NCBI GenBank assembly: GCA_043228905.1
Contig: JBHGNT010000012.1
Location: 10,416,001-10,480,000, forward strand
Length of the DNA: 64,000 nucleotides
DNA from: Azolla caroliniana
Lineage: Eukaryota; Plantae; Polypodiophyta
Reading direction: 5' to 3'
In this document: positions 13,624 through 24,900 of the stretch, one piece after another
Layout of the letters: each line of letters opens with the position of its first letter
How positions within the stretch are numbered: the first letter of the stretch is position 1
Notes under the pieces: generated by a model
The model's database searches: none
The model's input: only the letters and a program-made list of their open reading frames with translations
What the model was told of the DNA's origin: nothing
Made by a program: the position numbers and the translations under genes

Positions 13624-16600
13624 TGTCGTGGTGTGACGTGTGCACTGTGAGAAAAAACGAGGTTCCACGGACATCTCATGAAATAATGTAAGAATTAAAT
13701 AAAATAATTATAAATAATAAGTAACTTGTAGTAACTTAGTGGTTAAGGCTTATAAGTATATGTAGAGAGGTGTAGAGTTTGAGTCCCTCTTCTTACAAAT
13801 CATTTTGCTTCCCTTCCATTTTTGTGATAAAGAAAGAAAAAAAAAACACGTAATTTAAAAATAAGCTCCACTTTCGTCTATAAGAGAGGGGTGATAGGGC
13901 TTATTGGAGGGTCGCCCATTTTGCCTTAGGGGTGTACTATTAGGGTTTCATCTTCTCCTCCTCTTCTTCTTGGGTTAGGGTTTTGTAGCCTTCCTTTCTC
14001 CTTCTTCTTTTCCATCTAGACTTGGGGTTTCAAAGCTTCTTCTACCTCCTCATCATATTAGAGAACTTGGAATTTTAGGGTTTTTAAGTTTACTTCTATT
14101 ATTCTACTTCTTACTCAAGATATTTTAGGGTTTGGATTTCCTAAACAACGGCTTTTTCGGCATCTCGATGGTGGTCAACTCGGTGGCCGGTTGCGGAAGG
14201 GAGGTTGTAGTGGCACGAGAGCTACTCCGAATCAAGGCAACATAGCCGTCGAAAGTAGTCGAGCTCGGAGCCCACTAGACTCACCTTCACCATATTATTT
14301 TCAGCCCTTTAGGGTTGATTAGCCATTTTTGAATAATGATGAAATTGATTCTGTGTAAGAAATAAAACCACTGAAATCGTGGTATTAAGCTTAATTTATA
14401 TCAAAACTTATGTATATTTCCCAATGTCTTTATCTTAATCTCCAACTTCCTCACCCCTTGTGTCTCCCCGGTCCAAGGCCCCGGCGGTCCCGTTCGAGTG
14501 ACACACGCAGACGAAACTTTACGACATTTGTGAACCCGACGTGAAAGAGCGGTAGGGGCGGACAAAGACGGACGAAGAAGATTTCATGGAGATGATGTCG
14601 AAGACGATGGTAGATTCGCGCGAGCAAAGGCGCAATGAAGGAAAAGAAAAAAAAAGTTGACAACCTTTTGCCCCACCACATCACTTTTTTTGGCACATGC
14701 CGGAGGATGTGTGGTTTGGTGGGGCTGGATGTCGTGGTGTGGCGTGTGTAGTGTGAGAAAAAGCGAAGCTTCACACACATCTCATAAAGTAATATATGAA
14801 TGAAAATAAAATAATATAAATAAAGTTGTAGTAGTTTAGTGGTTAGGGCTTATAAGTATACATGGGGAGGTGTAGAGTTTGAGTCTCTCTTGTGAAGAAT
14901 TAAGGAGTATTTTGCTCCCGTTCCATTTTTGTGGTAAAGGGAAAAAAAAAACATGTAATGTTAAAAATAGGCGCCTCTTTCCTCTATAAGAGGGGAGGAA
15001 TAGGGCTTATTATGGGGTCGCCCATTTTGTCTTCTAGGGGTGTACCACTAGGGTTTCATCTTCTTCTCCTCTTCTTCTAGGGTAAGGGTTTTGTAGCCTC
15101 CCTTTCTCCTTATCCCTTTTTCTTTCATCTTTTCCTTCTAGGGTTAGGGTTTAAGAGCTTCTTTCTACTTTTCTTCTTTTCTTCTCAACATATTCGAGGA
15201 ATTAGGATTTTAGGGTTTGAGAGTTTTTCTTCTAATATTCTACATCTTACTCAGGATGTTTTAGGGTTTGGATTTCTTAAAGAATGGCTTCTTCGGCATC
15301 TAGGTGGTAGTCAACTCGGTGGCCGGTTGTGGAAGGGAGGTTGTAGTGGCATGAAGGCTACTCCGAATCGAGGCAACATAGCTGTCGGAAGTAGTCGAGC
15401 TCGGCGCCCACTAGACTCGCCTTCGCTAGATTATTTTAGCCTTTGGTTTAATTATAACCGATTATTGTAATAACCACCGAAATCATGGTGTCAAGCCTAG
15501 CAATTGTAAAATAATAATAATAATACCCTAATTTATATCAAAACTTATGTTACAAATTTCCCCATGTCTTTGTCTTGATCTCCTACTTCCTCACTACTTT
15601 TGTCTCCCCGGTCCAAGGCCCCGGCGGTCCCATTCAAGCGACACACGCATGCGAAATTTTCACGACATTGGACCGCATGCGTGTGTCACTTGAACAAGAC
15701 CTCTAGGGCCTTGGACTGGGGAGACAAAAGAAGTGAGGATAGTGGGAGATTATGATGTCAATGACATGGGGAAAATATACATAAGTTTAGATATAAAATA
15801 GGCTTTAAACAACAATTAGGCTAAATACCACGATTTCATGGGTTTTTTTACATAGAATTGGTTTCATGATTAATAAAAACAGTTATGAATCAAAACGAGT
15901 TTTTTATTTTCTTTAGAATTGCTAGGGTTGATACCATGATTTCGGTGGTTTTTACAACAATCATTATGAAATAATCAAGGCTAAAATACTCGAGCGAAGA
16001 TGAGTCTAGTGGGCTCCGAGCTCGACTACTTCCGACGGCTATGCTGCCTCGATTCGGACTAACCCTCGTACCACTACAACCTCCCTTCCGCAATCAGTCA
16101 CCAAGTTGACTACCACCTAGATGCCGAAGAAGCCATTCTTTAAGAAATCTAAACCCTAAAATATCCCGAGTAAGATGTAGAATATTAGAAGAAAAACTCT
16201 CAAACCCTAAAATCCTAAATTATTCCTCTAGTATATTGAGGAGAAAAGAAGAAGCTCTCCAACCCTAACCCTAGAAGGAAAATATGAAAGAGAAAGTGAT
16301 AAGGAGAAAGGGAGGCCACAAAACCCTAACCCTAGAAGAAGAGGAGAAAAGATGAAACCCTAGTGGTACACCCCTAAGGCAAAATGGGTGACCCCCAAAT
16401 AAGCCCTATCCCTCCTCTCTTATAGAGGAAAGAGGAGCTTATTTTAACATTACATGCTTTTTTTAATTTATTTGGAGCAAAATATTCCTTGATTTGTAAA
16501 AAGAAAGACTTGAACTCTACACCTCTCTATATATACTTATAAATCTTAACCACTAAGCTACTACAAGTTACTTGTTATTATTATTATTATTTATTTATTT

Positions 16601-17109
16601 ATACATTATTTCATGAGATGTGCGTGGAACTTCGGTTTTTCTCACACTACACACGCCACACCGAGGTTCCACGCACATGTCATGAAATAATATATAAAAA
16701 ACAATAATAATAATAATAATAATAAGTAACTTGTAGTAGCTTACTGGTCAAGGCTTATAAGTATATGTAGAGATGTGTAGAGTTTGAGTCTCTCTTTCTA
16801 CAAATCAAGGAGGATTTTGCTCCCCTTCAAATTTTGTGATAAAGGAAATAAAATAAAATAAGCAATCAAGGAGGATTTTGCTCCCCTTCAATGTTTGTGA
16901 CAAAGGAAATAAAATAAGCTCCTCTTTCCTCTATAAGAGAGGAGGGATAGGGCTTATTTGGGGGAAAAGTGATGTGGTGAGGCCAAAGGTTGTCAACCTT
17001 TGTTTTCTTTCCTTCGTTGCGCCTTGCCCACACGAAATCAACCATCAACTTCGACGTAATCTCTTCTTCATCCATCTTTGTCCTCCCCTACCGCTCTTAC
17101 ACGCCGGGT

Positions 17110-17469
17110 CCACCAATACTTCTCCTTGAGCTTTGCAAAAGTTGCCCATATACCTCGATGACCTGCCCACACACTATCATGAAATTCAGCAATTAGTGTT
17201 TGTTGATCTTGTTTCTTGCACACCACTCGAAGTGTATTTCCATTCTTCCTCTTTGGAAACTTCCATATATGTCCTTCTTTGAGGAAGAACTTGTAGGCCT
17301 TCTTCCTAATTCAGTAGAAGTCTTCCTTTGACCATGATTAATCCTTTGTAGGAGAGCTTAAGTACTTGCCAATTTCGATGAATTCACCCTCATAATTTTC
17401 TACTTTAAACTCCTCTAGCACCCGAGCACAAGAAACTGTAAAGAAGTTTAGGCCAACATCCTCTTCATC
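17110..17469 (-). pseudogene. Captured gypsy pol fragment (RNaseH-integrase linker plus start of the integrase zinc finger) of the A/C lineage
   Basis: Minus-strand translation DEEDVGLNFF...YEGEFIEIGKYL...KFFLKEGHIWKFPKR...EFHDSVWAGHRGIWATFAKLKEKYWW aligns by eye with A2 pol and C (21776-21840). Confidence 0.85.
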
Positions 17470-17505
17470 AGAAGGTTGCATGTTCGATTCACGTCGGGTT
17501 CACCA
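17467..17505 (+). other. DNA copy of the 3' half of cytosolic tRNA-Trp (positions 38-76 including CCA), forming an extended PBS of a T LTR
   Basis: atcagaaggttgcatgttcgattcacgtcgggttcacca matches plant tRNA-Trp(CCA) as recalled, with one CG>CA change. It has an encoded CCA and lies 1 nt from the LTR end. Confidence 0.88.
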
Positions 17506-20500
17506 ATGTCGCGAAGTTTCGCTTGCGTGTGTCTCTCGAATAGGACCGTCGGGGCCTTGGACCGGGGAGACACAAGAGGTGAGGAAGTTGGAGATTAAGA
17601 CAAAGACATGGGGAAATATACATAAGTTTTGATATAAATTAAGCTTTAAACAATAGTTATGTTTAATATCATGATTTTGGTGGTTTTATTTCTTTCATAG
17701 CATCAATTTCATCATTATTCAAAAATGGCTAATCAACACAAAAGGGCTGAAAATAATATGGTGAAGGCGAGTCTAGTGGGCTCCGAGCTCGGCTACTTCC
17801 AACGGCTATGTTGCCTCGATTCGGAGTAGCTCTCGTGCCACTACAACCTCCCTTCCGCAACCAGCCATTGAGTTGGCTACCATCGGGATACCGAAGGAGC
17901 CATTGTGGAAGGAAACGAAGCCCTAAACTCTGTTGAGTAAGAAGTAAAATAGAATCTAAACTCATAAACCCTAAAAACCTAAGTCCTCTAGTATTTTGAG
18001 GAGAAAAGAAGAAGCTCTCAAAACCTAACCCTAGAAGGAAAAGATGAAAGAGAAAGGGATAAGGAGAAAGGGAGGCTACAAAACCCTAACCCTAGAAGAA
18101 GAGGAGAACAAGATGAAACCGTAATGGTACACCCCTAAGCCAAAATGGGCGACCCCCAAATAAGTCCTATCCCTCCTCTCTTATAGATGAAAGAGGAGCT
18201 TATTTTAACATTACATGCTTCTTCTTCTTCTTTTCCTTTATCACAAAAATTGAAGGGGAGCAAAACCCTCCTTGATTTGTAGGAAGAGAGACTCAAACTC
18301 TACACATCTCTACATATACTTCTAAGCCTTAACCACTAAGCTACTATAAGTTACTTATTGTTGTTGTTGTTGTTGTTTTTTATACATTATTTCATGAGAT
18401 GTGTGTGGAACCTTGGTGTGGCGTGGTGTGGCATGGTGTGGCGTGTGCACTGTGAGAAAACCTGAGGTTCCACACACATCTCATGAAATAATGTATAAAT
18501 AAATAAATAATAATAATAATAGTAACAAGTAACTTGTAGTCACTTAGTGGTTAAGATTTATAAGTATATGTAGAGAGGTGTAGAGTTTGAGCCTCTCTTT
18601 TTACAAATCAAGGAATATTTTGCTCCAAATAAATAAATAAAAGCATGTAATGTTAAAATAAGCTCCTCTTCCTCTATAAGAGAGGAGGGATAGGGCTTAT
18701 TTGGGGGTCGTCCATTTTGTCTTCTAGGGGTGTATCACTAGGGTTTCATCTTCTCCTCTTCTTGTTGGGTTAGGGTTTTGTAGCCTCCCTTTCTCCTTCT
18801 TCTTTTCCTTCTAGACTTGGGGTTTCAAAGCTTTTTCTACCTCCTCATCATACTAGAGAACTTGGAATTTTGGGGTTTGTTAGTTTATTTCTATTATTCT
18901 ACATCTTACTCAAGATAATTTAGGGTTTTGATTTCCTAAACAACGGTTTTTTCGGCATCTCGGTGGTAGTAAACTCAAAGGCCGATTGTAGTGGCACGAG
19001 GGCTATGAGGGCTACGAGGGCTACGAGGCAACATAGCCGTCGGAAGTAGTCGAGCTCGGAGCCCACTAGACTCGCCTTTGCTAGACTATTTTAGCCTTGA
19101 TTATTTCATAATGATTGTTGTAAGAACCACCGAAATCGTGGTGTCAAGCCTAAGAATTGTAAAAAAATAATAATAATACCCTAATTTATATCAAAATTTA
19201 TGTTACATATTTCCCCATGTCTTTGTCTTAATCTCCTACTTCCTCACTACTTTTGTCTCCCCAGTCCAAGGCCCCGGCGGTCCCGTTCAAGCGTCACACG
19301 CACGCGAAATTTTCGCGACATTGGTGAACCCGACGTGAAAGAACAGTAGGGGAGGACGGACACAGACGAAGAAGATTTCGTGGAGATGATGTCGAAGACA
19401 ATGGTGGATTTCACAAGGAAAGGGCGCAACGAAGACGAAAAGAAAACAAAAAAACAAAGGTTGACAACATTTGGCCCCGCCACATAACTTTTTTCTTTGG
19501 CACATGCCGGAGGATGTGCGGTTTGGTGGGGGTGGATGTTGTGGTGTGGCGTGTGCACTGTGAGAAAAAGTGAGGTTCCACGCACATCTTATGAAATAAT
19601 CTATAAAAAACAATAATAATAATAATAATAATAAGTAACTTATAGTATCTTAGTGGTTAAGGCTTATAAGTATATGTAGAGATGTGTAGAGTTTGAGTCT
19701 CTCTTCTTACAAATCAAGGAGGATTTTGCTCCCCTTCAATTTTTGTGATAAAGGAAATAAAATAAAAAAAGCACGTGATGTTAAAATAAGCTCCTCTTTC
19801 CTCTATAAGAGAGGAGGGATAGGGCTTATTTGGGGGTCGCCCATTTTGGCTTAGGGGAGTACCATTACGGTTTCATCTTCTTCTCCTCTTCTTCTAGGGT
19901 TAGGGTTTTGTAGCCTCCCTTTCTCCTTATCCTTTTCTCTTTCATCTTTTCCTTCTAGGGTTAGGTTTTGAGAGCTTCTTCTTTTCTCCTTAACATACTA
20001 GAGGACTTAGGTTTTTAGGGCTTATGAGTTTAGATTCTATTTTACTTCTTACTCAACAGAGTTTAGGGCTTCGTTTCCTTCCACAATGGTTTCTTTGGTA
20101 TCTCGATGGTAGCCAACTCGGTGGCTGTTTACGGAAGGGAGATTGTAGTGGCACGAGAGCTACTCCGAATCGAGGCAACATAGCCATTGGAAGTAGCCGA
20201 GCTCGGAGCCCACTAGACTCTCCTTCACCATATTATTTTCAGCCCTTTTGTGTTGATTAGGCATTTTTGAATAATGATGAAATTGATTCTATGTAAGAAA
20301 TAAAACCACCAAAATCGTAGTATTAAACGTAACTATTGTTTAAAGCTTAATGTATATCAAAACTTATGTATATTTCCCCATGTCTTTGTCTTAATCTCCA
20401 ACTTCCTCACCCCTTGTGTCTCCCCGGTCCATGGCCCCGGCGGTCCAATGTCGCGACCAAGCCCTAAAATATCCCGAGTAAGATGTAGAATATTAGAAGA

Positions 20501-21999
20501 AAAACTCTCAAACCCTAAAATCCTAATTCCTCGAATATGTTGAGAAGAAAAGAAGAAAAGTAGAAAGAAGCTCTTAAACCCTAACCCTAGAAGGAAAAGA
20601 TGAAAGAGAAAGGGATAAGGAGAAAGGGAGGCTACAAAACCCTTACCCTAGAAGAAGAGGAGAAGAAGATGAAACCCTAGTGGTACACCCCTAGAAGACA
20701 AAATGGGCGACCCCATAATAAGCCCTATTCCTCCCCTCTTATAGAGGAAAGAGGCGCCTATTTTTAACATTACATGTTTTTTTTTTCCCTTTACCACAAA
20801 AATGGAACGGGAGCAAAATACTCCTTAATTCTTCACAAGAGAGACTCAAACTCTACACCTCCCCATGTATACTTATAAGCCCTAACCACTAAACTACTAC
20901 AACTTTATTTATATTATTTTATTTTCATTCATATATTACTTTATGAGATGTGCGTGAAGCTTCGCTTTTTCTCACACTACACACGCCACACCACGACAAC
21001 GTGTGAAAGGGGTGAATGCCACACTCATATGCTAGCATGTTGTAAATAGGACTTAAATTAGAATCATAAAAGAAAAGCTAGATGTAAAGTTAAACATGTG
21101 CACATGTGATGTGCGCTCAAACATTTGTATATATAAAAATAAGACTAAAGCCTAGTAAGATTTGAGTGTATACAAAGGGGTGCAAGCAAGGCGTGTACCT
21201 TACACCTCCAAGATAAGAGACAATTGACATAGCATTAAGCTAAGATGTTTCTTTTATATTTATCTTCATCATTGTATTTTCCACATGTAAATTCTCATAC
21301 ATGAGAGGTTGGATGAGTGAGATGGTCATCATGCATCACATGCATTCCATACATTCCATGCATTGTATGTATGTCTTGTACCCTCACATGCATCATATGC
21401 ATGGGGACATCTATAAAGGAAGAAAAAGAAAAAGGATGGGGGGAAGCTATATATTGAAGGAAGAAACCTCTAATAAAAGAGGTAGTTATCTTATTGGTGA
21501 GGTATCTTGTCTCTCAAAATTGAAGTCAAGGGTTCTCTCTCCCTCAATCTGTCTCAGAATTGGAATCTCTATCTCTCTCTCTATCTCTCTCTCTCTATCT
21601 ATCTATCTTAAATTCTTTCTCGCTAAAGCTAGTAAAAACTTTGAATCCTTCCGGTCCAAGACCCCTGTGGTCCCGCTTCATTTCGCGAACATGCAAGGAT
21701 TTCCTCGACATCTTTCTTGGTAAACCCGACGTGAAGAACCCGACGAGGATCGACCAAAGATCCACAAGAGTCCTTGGGCAGGTCCTAGAGGAACATGGGC
21801 GACGTTTGCAAAGCTGAAGGAGAAGTACTGATGACCGAGCATGTACAAAGATGTACTTCATTTCGTGTCCACATGCGAAAACTGCTAAGTACATTCAAAC
21901 ATACATCACCGTGATGAGTTACGACCGATGTACCCACTCACCATACACTTCAAATGGAGGATGGATCTAGTCTCGATGCCAGTGGGAGTGGGACAAAGG

Positions 22000-24900
22000 T
22001 GTCATGAACATCGAGTCGAATTCAAGCCTTAGGTCCTTGTTTATATATATTTCTCCCAGAAAGTCTTTAGACTTTAAAACTTTGTATAAAGAGTGGTATA
22101 TAAGTGTGAGTATGTAAGACTTAGTATGTAAGACTTGGCATGCAAGAATCAGTATGCTTAATATTATAGTATGTATGACTTGGCATGAGCATGCTTATCA
22201 TGCATCACTATATGTATAAAAAGGGTTGATCTCCCTTGTTAACATCAAGGAGATCAACACCAGTCATGGAATAGATATTCGTACTCATTGTCATCAACTT
22301 ATCCATCTCTCTATCTCATCAACTTACCCATCTCTTTGTCTTCCAATTGTTCATCCGTGACAGATTGATCTCCTTCCTTCTTTTTGTCTTCTTTCTCAAT
22401 ACACTATGATGTCAAAATCATCCAGTAACCTTGAGCAAATTTTGGCGGTGCTGCATCAACTCCAACATGAGAATGTGAGCTTACGAAACTCTGTTCAAGA
22501 ACTTCAAGCAACAACAACGGTTATACCTCACCCGATTATTGACCATTCTGCTGTAGAAACCTAATGTCTGCTTGCCCGAAAAATTCGATGGAACAAGGTC
22601 ACGATTAAGAGGCTTCATCAACCAAATCCTCCTTATTATTCGTCTTCAGCCCCAACGATATTCTGATGACTTTCGACAAGTTGGGTTGATCGGCACATTG
22701 CTGACAGGACAAGCGCAAGCCTGGTTTGCCCCTCTAGTAGAGACTTCTTCGCCTCTCTTGAATGACTTCCAAGCATTTCTTACCGATTTTGAGGCAACTT
22801 TCGGGGAGACTGACAAACGACGAGCCACGCTCAACAAACTATACGCGTTACAACAAGGAGAACGTGCGGCATCAATCTATGCATCTGAATTTCGTCAGCT
22901 CGCGTGAGATGTGGAATGGGATGAACAAGCCCTCGATCAATTTCGTCGAGGATTACGAGGTAAGATAAAAAACATTTTTCTTAACTTCCCTGAGCCCACA
23001 TCTTTGAATGAGGCTATTTCCCAAGTTGTGCATTGCGATAACCGTCTCTTTGAGTTTCGGCAAGAGGTATGTCCTCCTCGGATCCATCCACCTTGGCCAG
23101 CCGCTTCATCTTCATCGTCAACTCCCACCATATATTCTAGCTCCCCAATGGAGATCGATCAAATTCGCTATCGACCACTGACTAACGTGCAACGACAACA
23201 TCGACGAGCTAACAATTTATGTCTCTATTGTGGTGGCCCTAGCCATTTGATCTGTTCTTGCCCAAAAAGGGGACCCCATCGAACACCACATCGTGTGGAT
23301 GGGGTCAACATTTTCTACCAACAGGAAAACTCCAATGTCCAGTTGCAGTAGGGGTTGTGCATCTGGACCACAAGAGTCGACAATTGTGTCAAGGGCCCAA
23401 TCAACCAACTTCTTTGACAACAAGCTTCACACTTCCGGTCACTCTTCAATTTGGCTCCAACATTCTAAAGAAAAAAGCTTTGTTGGATTCTGGAGCTACG
23501 TCGTGCTTTATTGACATCATGTTTGCACGGACACACAACATTCCAAGCAACAAAATAACTGTCCTGATTCCAGTTGAAGTGATCGACGGTCGAACGCTCT
23601 CTTCTGGTGCAATCACAGATACAACAATTCCCTTGAGTCTCCACATAGGAGCCCACCAGGAAGAAATCATTTTTAACCTCATCACATCACCTTGACATCC
23701 TATCATCTTGGGGTTATCATGGCTCGAGACTCACAATCCAATTGTGGATTGGCGATCTCGCTCCATCAACTTCACCTCGAATTCTCACCCACAAGGGATT
23801 ACTTCCACTCTTCTTCAAGCTAATGCTCCGCCATTTGTTTGGCCTCCTACTTCGGTGAGGACCGTGTCAACGGTTGCTCCCACTCATGTTTCGGGGACAA
23901 GTACTGTTTCTGCTCCAGTGAGGACCACATCAATGGTTGCTCCAATTCCAGTCTCCGCTCCGATGAGGACCGTGTCAATGGTTGCTCCCACTCATGAGGA
24001 ACAACTCCCGTTTCTACTCCAGTGAGGACCACATCAATGGTTCCTCTGATTCCCGTCTCCGCTCTGGTGAGGACCGCATCAACGGTTGCTCCCACTCATG
24101 ATTTGAAGGCAACTCCCATTTCTGCTCCAGTGAGGACTACATTAGTGGTCACTCCCATTTCCTCTTCAACAAGAACCATGTCCACGATTGCTCCAATAGA
24201 AACAACATCGATAGTTCCAACCGCGTTGGCCTCGGAAACATATTCCATTCTTGTTCGGGTAAGTGATACAGTGTTAATTGCATCCATTTCTAATTCTAAG
24301 GACATGGTGGTCATGTCCACTCCAGACACTGCCCTATGTAGTAGCTCTTTTCCATCGAAATACAATGATTTCTCTTATGTATTTGAGAAGAAAAATGTTG
24401 ATCGCCTGCCTGAACATCGCCCATACGATTGTCCAATTGACTTGAAAGATGGTGCTTGTCCTCATTTCGGCCCTATCTATGGGTTATCTGAACCTGAACT
24501 CAAGGCCCTCAAAATATACATTGAAGAGAATCTCGCAAAGGGATTCATTCGCCACTCAAAATCTCTAGTTGGCTCTCCTATTCTATTTGTCAAAAAGAAA
24601 GATGAAATTCTACGCTTATGTATCGACTATCGCGGGCTCAATCGAGTCACTGTTCGAAATCGCTATCCACTACCTCTAATCCCTGAACTCCTCGACCGAC
24701 TTTGGGCTGGGCGTATATTCTCCAAAATTGATCTCAAAGGCGCCTACAACTTGGTACATATCAAGCCTGGAGATGAGTGGAAAACGGCATTTCAAACTAG
24801 GTACGGGCATTTTGAATACATGGTAATGCCATTTGGTCTCACAAATGCTCGTGTTGTTTTTCAACATATGATGAATGACATCTTCCGAGAATATCTGGAC

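Larger units (their letters stand above)
13624..20998. mobile_element. Array of small non-autonomous LTR retroelement T (TRIM-like; LTR ~900-940 bp, internal ~200 bp) in direct and inverted orientation
   Basis: LTR(+) 13624-14526, internal 14527-14729, LTR(+) 14730-15667, LTR(-) ~15674-16662, partial LTR(+) 16663-16963, internal(-) 16965-17116, pol fragment 17117-17466, tRNA copy 17467-17505, LTR(-) 17507-18413, LTR(+) 18414-19320, internal 19321-19536, LTR(+) 19537-20446, partial LTR(-) ~20457-20998. Trp PBS at 19322-19339; PPT tttggtgggggtgga. Confidence 0.88.

Noticed and set aside
17467-17505. tRNA-Trp gene
   Set aside because: Only the 3' half is present, with encoded CCA and no A box, abutting an LTR. 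It is a primer copy, not a gene.
14451-20260. Repeated short ORFs in the T array
   Set aside because: By-products of repeated LTR/internal sequence; frames are not conserved among copies.
22000-22080. A/B-box module in the D LTR (minus-strand attcgactc)
   Set aside because: The B box is weak and there is no credible A box at the expected spacing.
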